NCBI GenBank assembly: GCA_029717555.1
Contig: JAMDHS010000111.1
Span: forward strand, 1-63,006
DNA length: 63,006 nt
From: Peribolospora baueri
Lineage: Eukaryota
Direction of reading: 5' to 3'
Below the pieces are notes generated by a model, which saw only the letters and a list, made by a program, of their open reading frames with translations, had not been told where the DNA came from and ran no database searches. The position numbers were made by a program, and so were the translations under genes. Each line of letters begins with the position of its first letter. The stretch's first letter is position 1. Below, piece after piece: positions 13,770-26,013 of this stretch.

Positions 13770-14345
13770 ACCTGGCTCAGGCGGAGTCTACTGTCGCCGA
13801 AGAGTAGTGGCTGTGCCCGAACCTCCTATTGCTGAGAGACGTGAGTATAACGCTGGTGTGGATGCCCGGTCCGGCGCACACCCGTGTTATACAAGGCTAC
13901 TTCCATAGATCACGGAGCAAGCCTCGTGAGTGAATGTGGGGTCAGCTCAGCTTGCGGAGTCCGCAAGTGGTGAGCATTTCGAGCAACTGATGCCGCAAGC
14001 CGACAAATCGAACCTACTGTCATGGGAGAGCGCCTTGGAGCGGCTAAGTAACGCCGGATGGGCCGGACCATAAGGGGAGGAGGTCCACGGTCCGGCGGGT
14101 CGGGATGGCCAGGCTCAACGACACGGTCAGGCCATCACTGAGCAGCTAGCGGTGTCGTGAGGGCAGGCTCCTAGGCGGTATTCGACAGCTTCGGGTCGTC
14201 TTCACCCGGTGTCGATCGGCAGGTAGCTCTGGGAGTCTAGGCGACTCTGCTCGTACAGCTTCCCCTGACCGACGCGGGGTGGTATATTGTGGCTGACCGT
14301 CTTCTACGCAGCCAAGGCGAAATTAGCCGCCGATTTTGTTTGATT
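13770..14345. ncRNA. Candidate structured non-coding RNA, family unidentified
   Basis: No ORF in the track across 13551-14455. Serial hairpins at 13845-13892, 13951-13967, 14062-14096, 14118-14158 and 14182-14215. AT-rich tract at 13690-13735; GATTTTG near 14332. Confidence 0.4.
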
Positions 14346-15043
14346 ATCTAGTTTTGCATCCTGGTAGAGGAGCTCCGCTCCAGTTCGTCACATGCAGGTG
14401 ATGGCGGAGGAGAAGCAGATGATACCGGGGCTCGTCGCATTAGGGACGAACTGGGATGATCAAGAATGGCAGCGCGAAAGGGCGTGAGAGCCTACCTCGG
14501 CGGCGGCACGCAGATTGCCTTGGTCGAAGACGGCGTCAGGGACGTCAGGGGGTACGACACACTCGCCCAAGCCCGTTCTGCTTTCTTCCTGTATATCCTT
14601 CGCTCTCCGCAACCTCTGCCGTCTCGCCTCGTCTAGGGTGAACGGTTCTTCTACACGGCGCTTGGCCTGCTGAATTATGATTGCCCGACGCCAGAGTCGC
14701 CTCGTTTACGCGGCGTGATATTGCGGGGGCGCACCCCTGGAGCATTCCTCATATTCGTCGGGATGGCGGGCGACCGACGTTTGAGGACATGTCACGCCGC
14801 GTCGCCCTTGGCCGCAGCTATAGATCGGGATCTTCTGACGGCGGACTTGCATCGCCTGTTCGGTGCGACTCGCCCTGGATGGTCGGGTGGACGTGTTGGA
14901 CGAGCATAGCGATGGGGTTGCCAGCGCCGGCGGCATGCCTCGTCCCGGGTCCTCCAGCCATCTCGGACGTGGCTACCGAGGACCCTAGCAAGCGACCGAC
15001 GCCGGCGGCAGTCCGTCGTGGCGGCTGCGGCAAAACTGATCGT

Positions 15044-15110
15044 GACGCGTCGGCTGGAGCGCGTCGGACGCGAACGCGTGTAAAGCGCGTCGGGTTCTGC
15101 GGCGCGTCCT
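15044..15110 (+). promoter_or_regulatory. MCB-like (ACGCGT/CGCG) element cluster upstream of RNR2
   Basis: ACGCGT at 15045-15050 and 15074-15079, plus several GCGCGT/ACGCG within 70 bp, 150-210 bp before the RNR2 ATG. Confidence 0.6.
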
Positions 15111-15256
15111 TCCGCAAGATCATAAAGAGGCCGCGACGGGCTCTGCCCCTTCTTCCCTTCCTCCCTCCTCCACCAACACGTCTCCCTCTTCGCCCATCTC
15201 CTTCCCAACTCTTCATACCCTTTCTCCTTTCTCTTTTACGCACGCTCCACTTCATC

Positions 15257-16831
15257 ATGTCCGCCACCACTCCCAGTCTGCCGGAGACTCCTTCTAAGAA
15301 GGTCGCTGCTACGCTCGCCGAGCTCAACGTCAACACGCCCGTCAAGAAGCCCGTCCTCGTCGACGCGTCCGTCAAGAAGATGACCGAGGACGAGAAGATC
15401 AAGGCGTGTGAAGCTGGTGATGTGGAGGCGACCCGCGACATGTTTGTCGGCGACGTCGATCTGCCCGAGTCGGAGGAGCCGCTGCTAAAGGAAGACAACA
15501 AGCGCTTCGTGCTCTTCCCCATCAAGTACCACGAGGTGAGCGCGAATTCGATTCATGGCGCGCGCTTTGCTGTTCTTAGCTGGTCGTTTGCTTGCATCGC
15601 GCCTTCTTATCGCGTCCTGCCCCCCCCGCGGCCCCGCAGATCTGGCAGATGTACAAGAAGGCCGAGGCCTCTTTCTGGACGGCAGAGGAGATCGACCTTT
15701 CCAAGGACTTCTCCGACTGGGAGAAACGATTGAACGACAACGAGCGCTACTTCATTGAGCACGTCCTTGCTTTCTTTGCCGCCTCCGACGGCATCGTTAA
15801 CGAGAACCTCGTCGAGCGCTTCAGCGCCGAGGTCCAGGCCGCCGAAGCGAGGTGCTTCTATGGCTTCCAGATCATGATGTGCGTGTTCACCTAATGCCGA
15901 CGCGACGGGTCTTGTTCCTTTGCTGACTATGCATATGCTCCCGTTCGTCCTCCAGGGAGAACATCCACAGCGAGACCTACTCTCTTCTCATTGACACGTA
16001 TATCCGCGACCCCAGCCGTCGCCAGCACCTTTTCGACGCCATGGAGACCAGTGAGTGCCCGCGTTGCTTGCTTCCGAGACTGCATTGAAGCCGAGCAATC
16101 GGACTGACGAGCTTACCTCCCGTTTCAAACAGTCCCCTGCATCAAGAAGAAGGCCGACTGGGCCCTGCGATGGATCTCGGACACGGGCTCGACGTTCGCC
16201 GAGCGCCTCGTCGCTTTCGCCGCCGTCGAAGGTATCTTCTTCTCCGGCTCGTTCGCCTCCATCTTCTGGCTCAAGAAGCGCGGTCTCATGCCCGGCCTCA
16301 CCTTCTCCAACGAGCTCATCTCTCGCGACGAGGGATTGCACACCGACTTTGCCTGCCTCCTTTTCAGCCATCTCCGTCGGCGACCGCACCCCAAGACGGT
16401 GGAGCGGATCATCAAGGAGGCCGTCGAGATCGAGCAGGAGTTCCTCACAAAGGCCCTTCCCGTCGCTCTCATCGGCATGAACCAGAAGCTCATGTGCCAA
16501 TACATTGAGTTCGTCGCCGATCGCCTCCTCGTCGCCCTGGGTAATAAGAAGGTGTGGAACTCGACCAACCCCTTCGACTTCATGGAGATGTGAGTACCGA
16601 GACCACGGTTCGTGCGTCACCAGCCTCTCTGTTCCGCCGCTTATCTCTCTTTGCTCGACTTGCCCTGTACTTTCCCAACTGTCAACTTGCAGGATCTCCA
16701 TCGCCGGCAAGACCAACTTCTTCGAGAAGCGAGTTTCCGACTATGCGAAGGCGGGCATCATGCGCAAGGACGAGGGCGCGGGCACGGGCGGCGCGAACGA
16801 GCGCACATTCACCATCAACGAGGACTTCTAA
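15257..16831 (+). CDS. RNR2: Ribonucleotide-diphosphate reductase small subunit (multi-exon)
   Basis: [86 protein letters not shown]...EDF*. Confidence 0.98.
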
Positions 16832-17138
16832 AACGTAACGTTTCCCGCCTCTAATCACTTTCCTTCGCCATCATGCGGGCTCCTAGCCTGTCTATTTCTT
16901 GCACCCGGTACATAGCGCTGCTCCTGCGACTTCCTGGTCCCTGGTCTCGCCCATTCCCCATTCCTTTCGGTCCGTTTTTCCCTCCGTTTTGGCACTTGCT
17001 TGTATTTTGTACGAACATGATCAACGTCGCATCCTCAACGTAACTAGCTCGGATCTGCTCCAACGCGTGCGCGCCTCCACCGTGCAGGAGCGACGCGTTT
17101 GCAACTTGCAATTGAGCTTTTGAACCTCATTTACACGT

Positions 17139-19099
17139 TCACCTATCTCCTTCGCACACCACTGTACATGTACCGTATACAGCACATAATCGCGAGCTTG
17201 CACACCGTTGTCGGCATTTTACTGCCTGGAGCGCAAGAGCTGAGGGGGCCAAGCAGAAAGAGGAGGCGAAACAGTCAGACTTCACTTCCAACCCCGACAC
17301 GGCCGACCATTGGACAGTTGAACTCACCTTAGACCTAAGAAGAGTCTCCTTTAGCTCATCCTCCCTCTTCTTATCCTCGTCCGAAAGCTCCCTCGGTCTC
17401 TTCTTTTCCTTTCCCTTCTCTGCCTCTCCATCGTCATCGTCGCGCGCCCACTTGGATTTCGCGAGCTTATCTTCCAGCTGAAGACGTTCGTCCTTCGACC
17501 GTGGCTCACTCTCATCTACGAGTCGACCGCTCGCGTCTGCCTTGATCGCCCCGGACGTCTTGCCCTCCGGCGTGCGTTCCCGACTGGCGCTACGTTCGTG
17601 CCGTCGACGACGCCGGCCGCCGTCTTCAACATCGTCGTCATCATGGCCGGCGTTGTGGTGACTCCGACGTTCGTGGCGCCGTGTACGCCGCTCGCGGTCG
17701 TCCTCCTCGTCACGTAGTCTACTCCTCGGCTCTTCCTCACGGTCCCGAGCCCGATCCGAGTGTCGACGGGAACGGTCGTGGTGATGTTCGCGATGGCGGT
17801 AGCCGTGGCCGTCCTCTACGTCATCGCCCTCATTGTCGTACCGGCGGCGGTGATGGCGCCTCGACCTCTCCTCTCGCATCTCTCGATCGCTCTCCCTGTC
17901 CCTTTCTCTTTTCCGTTCCGTGCCTGGCTCATCCCGATACTCAGGGGTGCGGTCCTCTCTCTTCGTTCGCGCATCCGGAGAGTACGACCGGTCCCTCCGA
18001 TGACGGGGAGGTGGGGAGGGAGAATGCGAGTAGCCTCTACGGTGGCGAGGGGGAGGTGGAGGGGAACGACGGCGCTCGTGGGGCCGATACCTGTCGTCCT
18101 CGTAGATGCGTCGCGGCTCGTCTTTATGGGGAGGCGCGTCGCGACGGGGCTGCGATATAAGACTCGCAGCGGTCAGGAGACTTCTTTACCACAGAGAGCA
18201 GTTTATAAAGATATGCATGTACTCACCCATCCGCTGTCTCTCTCTCTCCTAGGAGGTCCTCGTCGATCACCCCTCCAGTCTTCGCCAGGCGGCCTCGGCT
18301 CGACTCTCGAGCCAGGAGCCGGACCCCACCTACTCTGCCTCCCTCCCGCCCTCGCTTCTCTACCTCCAGCACTGGGAGGGGGAATACCACGGTCCCTCCT
18401 GTCCTGTTCCTCCCTCCTTCTCACTTCCGCCAGCATTTTCGCGTCCTCTTCCTGCTTCCTACGCAGTTCCGCCTTCTTCTCTTCTAGGAACTGCGCGGGA
18501 ATACCGCCAATACTCTCCTGCGCGCTAAGGAGAAGTTTCCACAGCTCAAGCATAAATGCAGGCGTGTTGGATTCGAGGAAGCCCGTCAGGTTGATCTGCA
18601 TCAGCTTCGGGTCGGGCGTCTGCGCGAGAGAAGGGCGGGATCGGGAACTTTCATCAGCCTTACTGAACGTCCTTAGAAGGAACAGAGAGGTTCTGTCCAC
18701 ATACACACCGGGTTATCAGGGTCTTCGAGCAATCCTGTGGCATACTCCACGACGACGTCGTCCTCGATCGTCAAAAGTTCGGTCACTTTCCTGGCGATCC
18801 ACGGGCGCATGACGGCCAGGTTGACCTTTCGCATATCTACCTTGCAGTCAAACTCAGGCGGAAACTTTGTTCGTCGTAGGAGTGTCGCTTGCTTGTCTTT
18901 GAAGCGTCGGTCCTGTGGGCGTCGTTGCAATGGCGCACAGTTGTCAGGAAACGAAAAGAAAGAGGCAGAGGACATGGATGAGCCTAGGCACAGAGAAGAG
19001 GGCGAGGACATGGGTAAGCCTGCACGAGGGCCAAGTCAAAGTGCAGGAATCCTCTCAACTCACCTGCTCGGCCGACGTGCCCTTGTACGAGTCGCCCAT
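17139..19099 (-). CDS. PWI-domain Arg/Ser-rich splicing factor (SRRM1/SRm160-like); 3' end approximate
   Basis: KGTSAEQ|DRRF...KFPPEF..KVDMRKVNLAVMRPWI...IEDDVVVEY and PDPKLMQINLTGFL...FMLELWKLLLSAQ; R/D/E-rich tail. Confidence 0.88.
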
Positions 19100-19333
19100 G
19101 TTGACCAGCGCGCTCTCCTGGACGGCAGATAGATGATGGTCGCGTCAACAGTCGAGGTGGTCGGGTCGAGCGGAGGGAGACCGTAATAACCCTACTTTGA
19201 TCTGAACGGCTCGCTCTCACCCCATAAGAAGCTCGTGCTAATCTCTCCCCTTCCGTCGATCTTGACCAAGCTCACCTCCGTTGGCCTCCTCGTCTTTTCT
19301 TTACTTTCATTTTTTCGCCTGTATTGCCCAATA

Positions 19334-20172
19334 TGATGCAGCCTACGACGGCACCAACGCATCCTCCAAAAGACGACCCCATCACCAAGGAGGAGCTTAG
19401 CAAATACGACGGTAGCGATCCCAGCAAGCCCGTCTATGTGGCCATCAAAGGTGAGAGGGGGGAGAACGGCCCATCGATGCAAGCGTGTGGTCGATAAGAG
19501 AGTATCCAGAGTTACCTGACCGTATGTACCGTTATTATTGGATATTTCCCCTCCCCCCTCCGCTCTTCGTCTTTCGTGCGTCTCCCTACGTTAGGCAAGG
19601 TTTTCGACGTGTCACCAAAGAGAGACATGTACGGTGAGCAGTGTCTTTGATCCCTCCGATCTTCGAACTTCGTCTTGGTACTGTCAGTGCTTTTTTTCTT
19701 TAATTCTTGCTTCACCTAGGAGATGATGAAACCGCGCATGCTGGCGTACCCAGCCCGCGTCTTTGCACTTGCACTTTTCTCCGTCTTCTCTCGGTCATTC
19801 TCGCGTCAAACAGCCCATGCGGTGTTATCCGTCTTCGCTCTTTCATGCCATTCGTAAACTGACATGCTCTTCGCTTTACCATCGGTCTCTCTTATGTCCG
19901 GCCCCAGCGCCGGGCAAGGGCTACAGCATCTTCGCAGGGAAGGATGGCTCTCGGGGCTTGGGCATGTCCAGTCTGAAGCCCGAGGATGCCGTGGCGGACT
20001 ACAGCACGTTGGGCGAGAAGGAGAGGAAGACGCTCGATGACTGGGAGGCGTACTATACCAAAGTGAGTCTAGGTTTTAATCTCATTCCTTTTCTTCGTGC
20101 TTCCTTACCCTTCCTCATGATCTTTCTCGTCTTTAGCGCTACAACATCGTAGGCCGAGTGGTGGACCAGTAA
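19334..20172 (+). CDS. Cytochrome b5-like heme/steroid-binding protein (Dap1/MAPR family); start uncertain
   Basis: ITKEELSKYDGSDPSKPVYVAIK|GKVFDVS..RDMY|APGKGYSIFAGKDGSRGLG...LDDWEAYYTK|RYNIVGRV. Confidence 0.88.
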
Positions 20173-21114
20173 GGTTCCCTCGGGGTTAGCTATGATGTTT
20201 AAAGGAAAAGGGAAGACGGAACTGCATGAGCACTAGCTTCCCTTTTTTGCGTGTTTGGAACGCCCATTCTTGTAGGGCAGAAATGGAAGGCTTCTTGGCT
20301 GCCCTGTGCAGAAGGCTGTCTAGCAGCTTCACACTGACGACCCCGAACCGTCTGGTCCACGTCTGATCAAGGGAGGTGAAAGTGGTGGACCATGAAAGCC
20401 CACAGCATCACAGACATCTTGTGGATCTACGTGCTCTACGCAGAAACGTAAAGAGCATGGCGAGAAGGCGTGGCCGGTCACCTCGCCGGTTTAGCCCTCC
20501 GGACAACGGCGCGCGCCCGATCGACGGATCATTCTGCTCAGCACATCTCCGGGTCGGCTCGCTGCATCGCACACTAGAGAACCAGCGGCCACCCTCGTCC
20601 GGATCCCTTAATGAGCATCGTCGTCTATAGCCAGCGACAGCGTCTCCTAGCAAGAAAAAAAAAGGCACCCGGAGCGCAAAGCGGACAACCCTAGCTGCAT
20701 CATATTATCCTGTTTGCATGCCGTGAACGATCAATTCGAATTGCGACATACTGACACGATATGGTAGGGAAGAAGTAAAATGAAAAGAACGATAGAAAAC
20801 TTGTTTGGACTCAAACTAACCACAACGGCGGTGGACCAGCTTGGAAGCGAAGGCGCCGGTACGGAATGTGGAGCCCAATGAGAAATTGGATATAGCCCCC
20901 AGCCTCGTCCCAAGGACGAGGCTACACATCCCCTGGCGAGTTGGGATGTTCGCCAAGGGTGTTGGGAAGAGGCATTCTGGAAGAGGAAAACACATGACAG
21001 AAGACGAAAAAGTAACGAGCTCCTCCAGATAGGTTACTTGTGCGAAACGAATGGACACTTCCGTGTACGCGAGCAGTCTTGTCCGCACCGACAGCATGCG
21101 ACATACACATTCAA

Positions 21115-21924
21115 TTAGTTGAAGTATGCCCTCTTCGGCGTCTTGGCCAAGCGCTCCTTCAACTCGCTTCCGCCATCCCCCATCGCCTTCGACTCTGCCT
21201 CCCCGCCTTCGGCAGCAGTCCCCTCAGAGCTAGAGAGCCACTCCGCGATGGTTTCACCATCTGGCAAATTGCCCAGAGCATCATCCGCCAAACCCGCCTG
21301 CACGGCCTGCACGGAAGCGAGGGACTGTTTTGTCCGCCTGGGAGGTCCACGAATGTCTGCTGAGTTCGAGTCCGAGCCATGCTTGTTCGCTACCTGTCGA
21401 ATGCGATCCATCTCCTCGGCTTCCCTTCCCTCGCCGCCAATCCACTCGCTGGCGGTCCGCAATCTCCTCTCCTGCCCCGCCTTCTCAGCCCTCTCCTTCG
21501 CACGACGGTCCATCTTCGCCCGCCTCTTCGCATCCGGCACCCATTTGCTCGCCAAGATCCTCCGCACGGCCTCGACAGATATCTTGAACCGCTGTGCAAG
21601 GGCGGGGGTGGAGAACACAACGGGGTCATGCCGATGGAGAAGTCGAAGACCATCGATGGCCGTGCGGGAGAGCTTTTTGCGAGGATCCCATCCGCCTGGA
21701 TATTTGTTAGCGAGCGCCTGCTTCTCGATGTACCAATTCGGTGGTGTGTTGCGTGGGAAGAGCTTGGGCAGTGATGAGTCGTCGTCGCCGGTCGACGTGG
21801 AGAAGGCAGCAGACAAGCCCCGATGCCCCTGAACACCAAGTGTGGGACAAGGGCAGGAAGGGCCTGGGAGAGGAGTGAAGAAGCCGAGCCGAGGCAGAAT
21901 ACGAGGCAGGAGCTTGCTCGCCAT
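21115..21924 (-). CDS. RRG9: Mitochondrial Rrg9/neugrin-family protein
   Basis: KQALANKYPGGWDPRKKLSRTAIDGLRLLH...STPALAQRFKISVEAVRRILASKW; presequence-like N-terminus. Confidence 0.82.
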   Translation of the reverse strand: MASKLLPRILPRLGFFTPLPGPSCPCPTLGVQGHRGLSAAFSTSTGDDDSSLPKLFPRNTPPNWYIEKQALANKYPGGWDPRKKLSRTAIDGLRLLHRHDPVVFSTPALAQRFKISVEAVRRILASKWVPDAKRRAKMDRRAKERAEKAGQERRLRTASEWIGGEGREAEEMDRIRQVANKHGSDSNSADIRGPPRRTKQSLASVQAVQAGLADDALGNLPDGETIAEWLSSSEGTAAEGGEAESKAMGDGGSELKERLAKTPKRAYFN

Positions 21925-22277
21925 GCTGACGGTGGTCGTCTGATTCGAACGAGAAGCGCAAAGGCGGGCATAGAAGAAATGCTGCGGCAAATCCGTTCAT
22001 TCCCACGACCCGCGTCGCAAACCGTCCAGCGCACCGGCCAAGTCGGTGCTTCCTGGCTAATTCCAGCGAACCGTTCATCGAGCAGCTTCCAACGGTTGGT
22101 TTCCCCATTTTGACGCACCACCGACGACGACAGCAGACGACGAACGACATATCCCCGCCCTTCAATACCAGCGCAGTATTTCTCGCAGCTTCCCTCCATT
22201 CCAATATGGCTCGCCCGACACGTCTGCTCGGCACCAGCCGATCACGAGGCCGACCAGCACCGGCACCACCGAGCACG

Positions 22278-23218
22278 ATGGTCTCTCAGCGTCCGCGCCC
22301 TCTCTCTGTGTCCCTGCTCTCCCTCTTCGCTCTCTTTTCTCTCTTCTCCCTCCTCTTTTCCTCCCCGGCCTTGGCCATTAAATTTGAGCTCCAAGGGGCG
22401 CACAGCCCAACGCAGAAGTGTATATGGAACTACGCCCTTTCGGACACGCTCATCGTTATCACCGCCAACGCTGCCAAGTCGCACACAGCGCCGGAGAAGC
22501 AACGTTTGGATATTGAGATTGTTGACAGCAGCCAGCATAACAACGTCTATCTCCACAAGAAGAACATTGAGGGAGAAACGAGGATGGCCATCACCACGCA
22601 TGCCAACGCCGATTTGGGCGTGTGCTTCACCAACCATCTCGATCATTGTGAGCTATATCGTGCATCTTCTTGTCCTATCCGTGCGCTCGCTGATGACGCT
22701 TATGTCCACGCCCGGTACGCTCATAAACCCAGCCATTCCCATGCGCGTCGCCCATCAACATTTCACTACCATCGACCTCGACGTGGATATCGGTGCCGAT
22801 GCGGTGGACTATAACGCGATCGCCAACCAGGAGAGTCTAAGCGGCCTGGAGACGGAGATGAGGAAGTTGGAGGCGGTGGTCAAGGAAATTGTGGACGAAC
22901 TGGATTACCTCAAAAAGAGGGAGGTTCGGATGAGGGATACCAACGGTGAGTGAGGAGCCTTATCCTCTCTCAAAGATCCAAGAATTCATTTCAAGTCCTT
23001 TTCACTGACTTCTCTTTTTCTTTCTTCGCTCCGGATCGGTTCTATCGGACTCTTCATTTGTTTGTTTCCAATCGCCTTTCATCCATGTTCCCACAGAGTC
23101 GACCAACCGCCGCGTGCAGAGCTTTGCACTCCTCACGATCATCGCCCTTGTCTGCTTGGGCGTATGGCAGGTGCTCCATCTGCGTAGTTTCTTCAAGCGC
23201 AAGTACCTCATCGACTAA
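22278..23218 (+). CDS. ERV25: p24/GOLD cargo receptor, Erv25/TMED10-like (3 exons)
   Basis: Signal peptide, GOLD domain, LDVDIGADAVDY, LETEMRKLE...LKKREVRMRDTNESTNRRV, TM segment, FFKRKYLID* tail. Confidence 0.88.
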
Positions 23219-24220
23219 ATCTGGCGCACGAATGGGCGAGCAGGTGAACGAGCAGGCGGGAAAAGGGCAGCTTTTCCTTGGTCGACGTGGCGTAGGATGG
23301 CATGGAGGCTGGCTGGAGGAACGAACAGAGACACGTTTGGTTACTTTCTTGGTCTGGTATGCCTGCCATCCCAGTGTGTGCAGTTCCGATCTGAGAGTAA
23401 CAAGATCCGTGGACGGAGGGTTGTGTTGAAATGGAAACGGGTTTTTGCCGTCCGACCATCCCCTTCTGGGAGACCGCAGTCGAGTTTTGTCGGTCTGTAG
23501 GACCTTTGTCGAGGATGGATCGATAGTACCCGTGGCCTGCGAACGTCATAGATCTTGTCTACCTTTCGAATACAAACCCGTCCATGTTCTTGATCTGAGC
23601 GAGCGGGTCCGCCTTCCCATCACGGATGCATGCACGTGAGACGAGCTAAATACAAGTTTGCGAAACTCAGGTAGGCCACAGAGCTCTTCGATGCGCACCC
23701 ATCCGCCGGCCTCTTTATGCCTGACAAGAAGAGAATATCAACCATAAAAGGGCGAAAAGGACGGGCGGGGGGTCGAGGACGCTTTGCGCCCACGATCGTT
23801 CGGCCTCGTCTCCATTCGCATCCCAGACAGTCCGTCTCCAGGGCTTTGGGCTCGCCGCACACCGTAGCAATCAGGAAGCCAATGCGCGCAAGGATGCCAC
23901 CAAGAGTCGGTCCGACCTTCAAGTCAGGAATCGTGAAGTTCAATTCCCAGAGACGCTAGTCGGAGGCTGTCCAATGACCTCGAGCTCTGCTTACGGGGAC
24001 GACGGTGGGACGGGGGCAGACGGACGGACGCACTAGCCTCAAAAGCGCGGTTATGTCGAGCATTTTAAGCGGTGAAAGGAGACCTGTTAGGCGAAGGACC
24101 GACGTGCCTGGTTTGCTTCCTCGGGCCCATACCTTCGTCCGACATTCGATTAGGCCAGCGGGCGAACTGGTCCGGAAGACCGAGCCAGAGAAGCATATTC
24201 CGAGCATCTAGCTTGTTACG

Positions 24221-25651
24221 TCACCTATCCACCGTTCGCAGCTGTTGCTCCTTCCCCAGCTCGTCGCGGCCATCCTCCTTCTGCGCCTCCTCGTCCTCCG
24301 CCCACCAACCCTCCCACAGCCCCTTCTTGCAAGCCATAGCGAGCACAAGCACGGCGGGTAGGTGAACTAAACTGATGAAGAACAGCGTCCTCGCGCTTCC
24401 GCCGTCCTTTCGTCTGTAGAACCTCCACGCTCCCCATACCAGCGTTCCATTAGGGAGGAGGCTGAGTACGGCAAAGGGTAGGCCGTGCACGACGCCCGTG
24501 AGCGGGAATACCACGCTGCAAAGAGGCAACAGGGCGAGGGCGTACCGGAGCGAAACGCGCCGGTTCAAGGCCGGGTCCGTGACAGCCATCATGCGGTATC
24601 CGCCCTTGGCGTACTCGGAGCGGATGTTGTGAGAGAGCGAGTTGAAGTGTGGGAACTGCCACGCGAAGAGCAACCCCGCCAAGGCCCACGCGCCGGATTG
24701 TGTGAAGGGGTCGAGGGAGGAAGTTATGGCGGTCCAGCCCATGAGTGGAGGGATGGCGCCAACGAGCGAGCCGAGCCAAGTGTTGGAGATGCTCACGCGC
24801 TTGAGCGGGGTGTAGGCGAACGAATAAAGAGCAATGTTGCTCGCTCCCAGCAGCGCCGTCAAAGGGTTGACGAGCGCGTGCAGAAGAGTCACGCCGCTCA
24901 GACCCGTAACCGTTGCAAAGGAGGCCACATGAAGGGGGCTGATGAGCCGAGCAGGCAGGGGACGAGCGCGAGTACGAGCCATCTGCGCGTCGTACGGCGC
25001 TTCAACGAGCTCGTTGATGCTGTTGGCGCTGCTCGAGCACAGCGCCGTGCCGAGGGTTAGCGCCAAGAGAGTAGACACACTCGCACCTCCCGTGGCACCG
25101 AGCGTCGTCGGACAAAGCGCGTAGCCGGCCATGGAGGTGAGCACGACGAGTGTGGTCAGTCGGAACTTGGACAGCGATCGGTACGTTTTAACCAGCGCTC
25201 CCAGAGTCAGCGGCTGCGCTGGACGGTAGTGCAGAGCGACAGCTTCGGCGGGCGTAGTGGGTACCGGTAAAGAGGGATAAGCGGCAGAGGACGAGGTTAC
25301 TACGGAAGGGTCGTCGGAAGAAGGTGCGTAGGCTCGAGCGGGTACGAGGGCATCGTGGCGAGACAGCGAGGGCGAGAAAAACTGCCGTGGAGGTGGACGC
25401 TGACGGCCTTGCGGGAGGAGAAAATCTAGAGCGCTCTCTCCAGACGTATTTGCCAGCTCTCTTCGCCCTGTTGCTGAGGAGGAGCTAAGAAAGGTTGCTC
25501 TGCCTGGCGAGGACGCTTGATCTGAGGAGCAACGCGAGGTGGACGGCAGTGGCGGTGCGAGGAGGCAGAGTGGGCTGCCGAGCTGGGAGCACGGACGCCG
25601 TCGTTGTGCGCCGACTACCCGCACAAAGGCCTGACGGGCAAGAATGGGCAT
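24221..25651 (-). CDS. COX10: Protoheme IX farnesyltransferase (intronless)
   Basis: LSKFRLTTLVVLTSMAGY, SANSINELVE..YDAQMARTRARPL, YTPLKR...NTWLGSLVGAIPPLMGW, WQFPHFNSL...EYAKGGYRM. Confidence 0.96.
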   Translation of the reverse strand: MPILARQAFVRVVGAQRRRPCSQLGSPLCLLAPPLPSTSRCSSDQASSPGRATFLSSSSATGRRELANTSGESALDFLLPQGRQRPPPRQFFSPSLSRHDALVPARAYAPSSDDPSVVTSSSAAYPSLPVPTTPAEAVALHYRPAQPLTLGALVKTYRSLSKFRLTTLVVLTSMAGYALCPTTLGATGGASVSTLLALTLGTALCSSSANSINELVEAPYDAQMARTRARPLPARLISPLHVASFATVTGLSGVTLLHALVNPLTALLGASNIALYSFAYTPLKRVSISNTWLGSLVGAIPPLMGWTAITSSLDPFTQSGAWALAGLLFAWQFPHFNSLSHNIRSEYAKGGYRMMAVTDPALNRRVSLRYALALLPLCSVVFPLTGVVHGLPFAVLSLLPNGTLVWGAWRFYRRKDGGSARTLFFISLVHLPAVLVLAMACKKGLWEGWWAEDEEAQKEDGRDELGKEQQLRTVDR

Positions 25652-26013
25652 TGTGCGCTATATGGTGATGAGAACGAGGGAGATAAGAGCTTGTGGCATG
25701 TAGAGCGTCGTCGTCGAGAGTACCAGAAGCGCTTGCTTCTTTCTGCTGTCGCCGCCTACATCCGCTTCCCGCCGTCTGCGCGCCGTTCTCTGCGGTCGTC
25801 TTCTCACCATCGCCCGCTTGTCTGGCCCGTCAATTCTCTCCACCTTGCTTGCGTCTTGTCCCATCCAAGAGGCAACGTCCGTGTTGACGGGATACCCTCT
25901 TCGCCAGCGCGCACTGCACCAAGCGCGGCGACCTTCTTTCTCCTTCCTTCTCCTGCGAGAACCACGGCCACGACGACGAGTACGCGCCGAGCCGCTGCTC
26001 GATCACCAACACC

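Noticed and set aside
13620..14450. Telomerase RNA, RNase P/MRP, canonical U1 or group I intron
   Set aside because: No 1.5-repeat telomere template, no GGAARNUC/GAAAGUCCCC with matching CR-V, and no ACTTACCTG. AGATATAGTC at ~13635 lacks a partner R element.
15988..18812. Long antisense ORFs over RNR2 and the PWI gene (similar over PIK1 and the PHD gene)
   Set aside because: Expected shadows of GC-rich codon usage.
19715..19870. Intronic C/D snoRNA in the DAP1-like gene
   Set aside because: ATGATGA and CTGA are present, but the CTGA is the likely branch site and rRNA complementarity is only ~8 nt.
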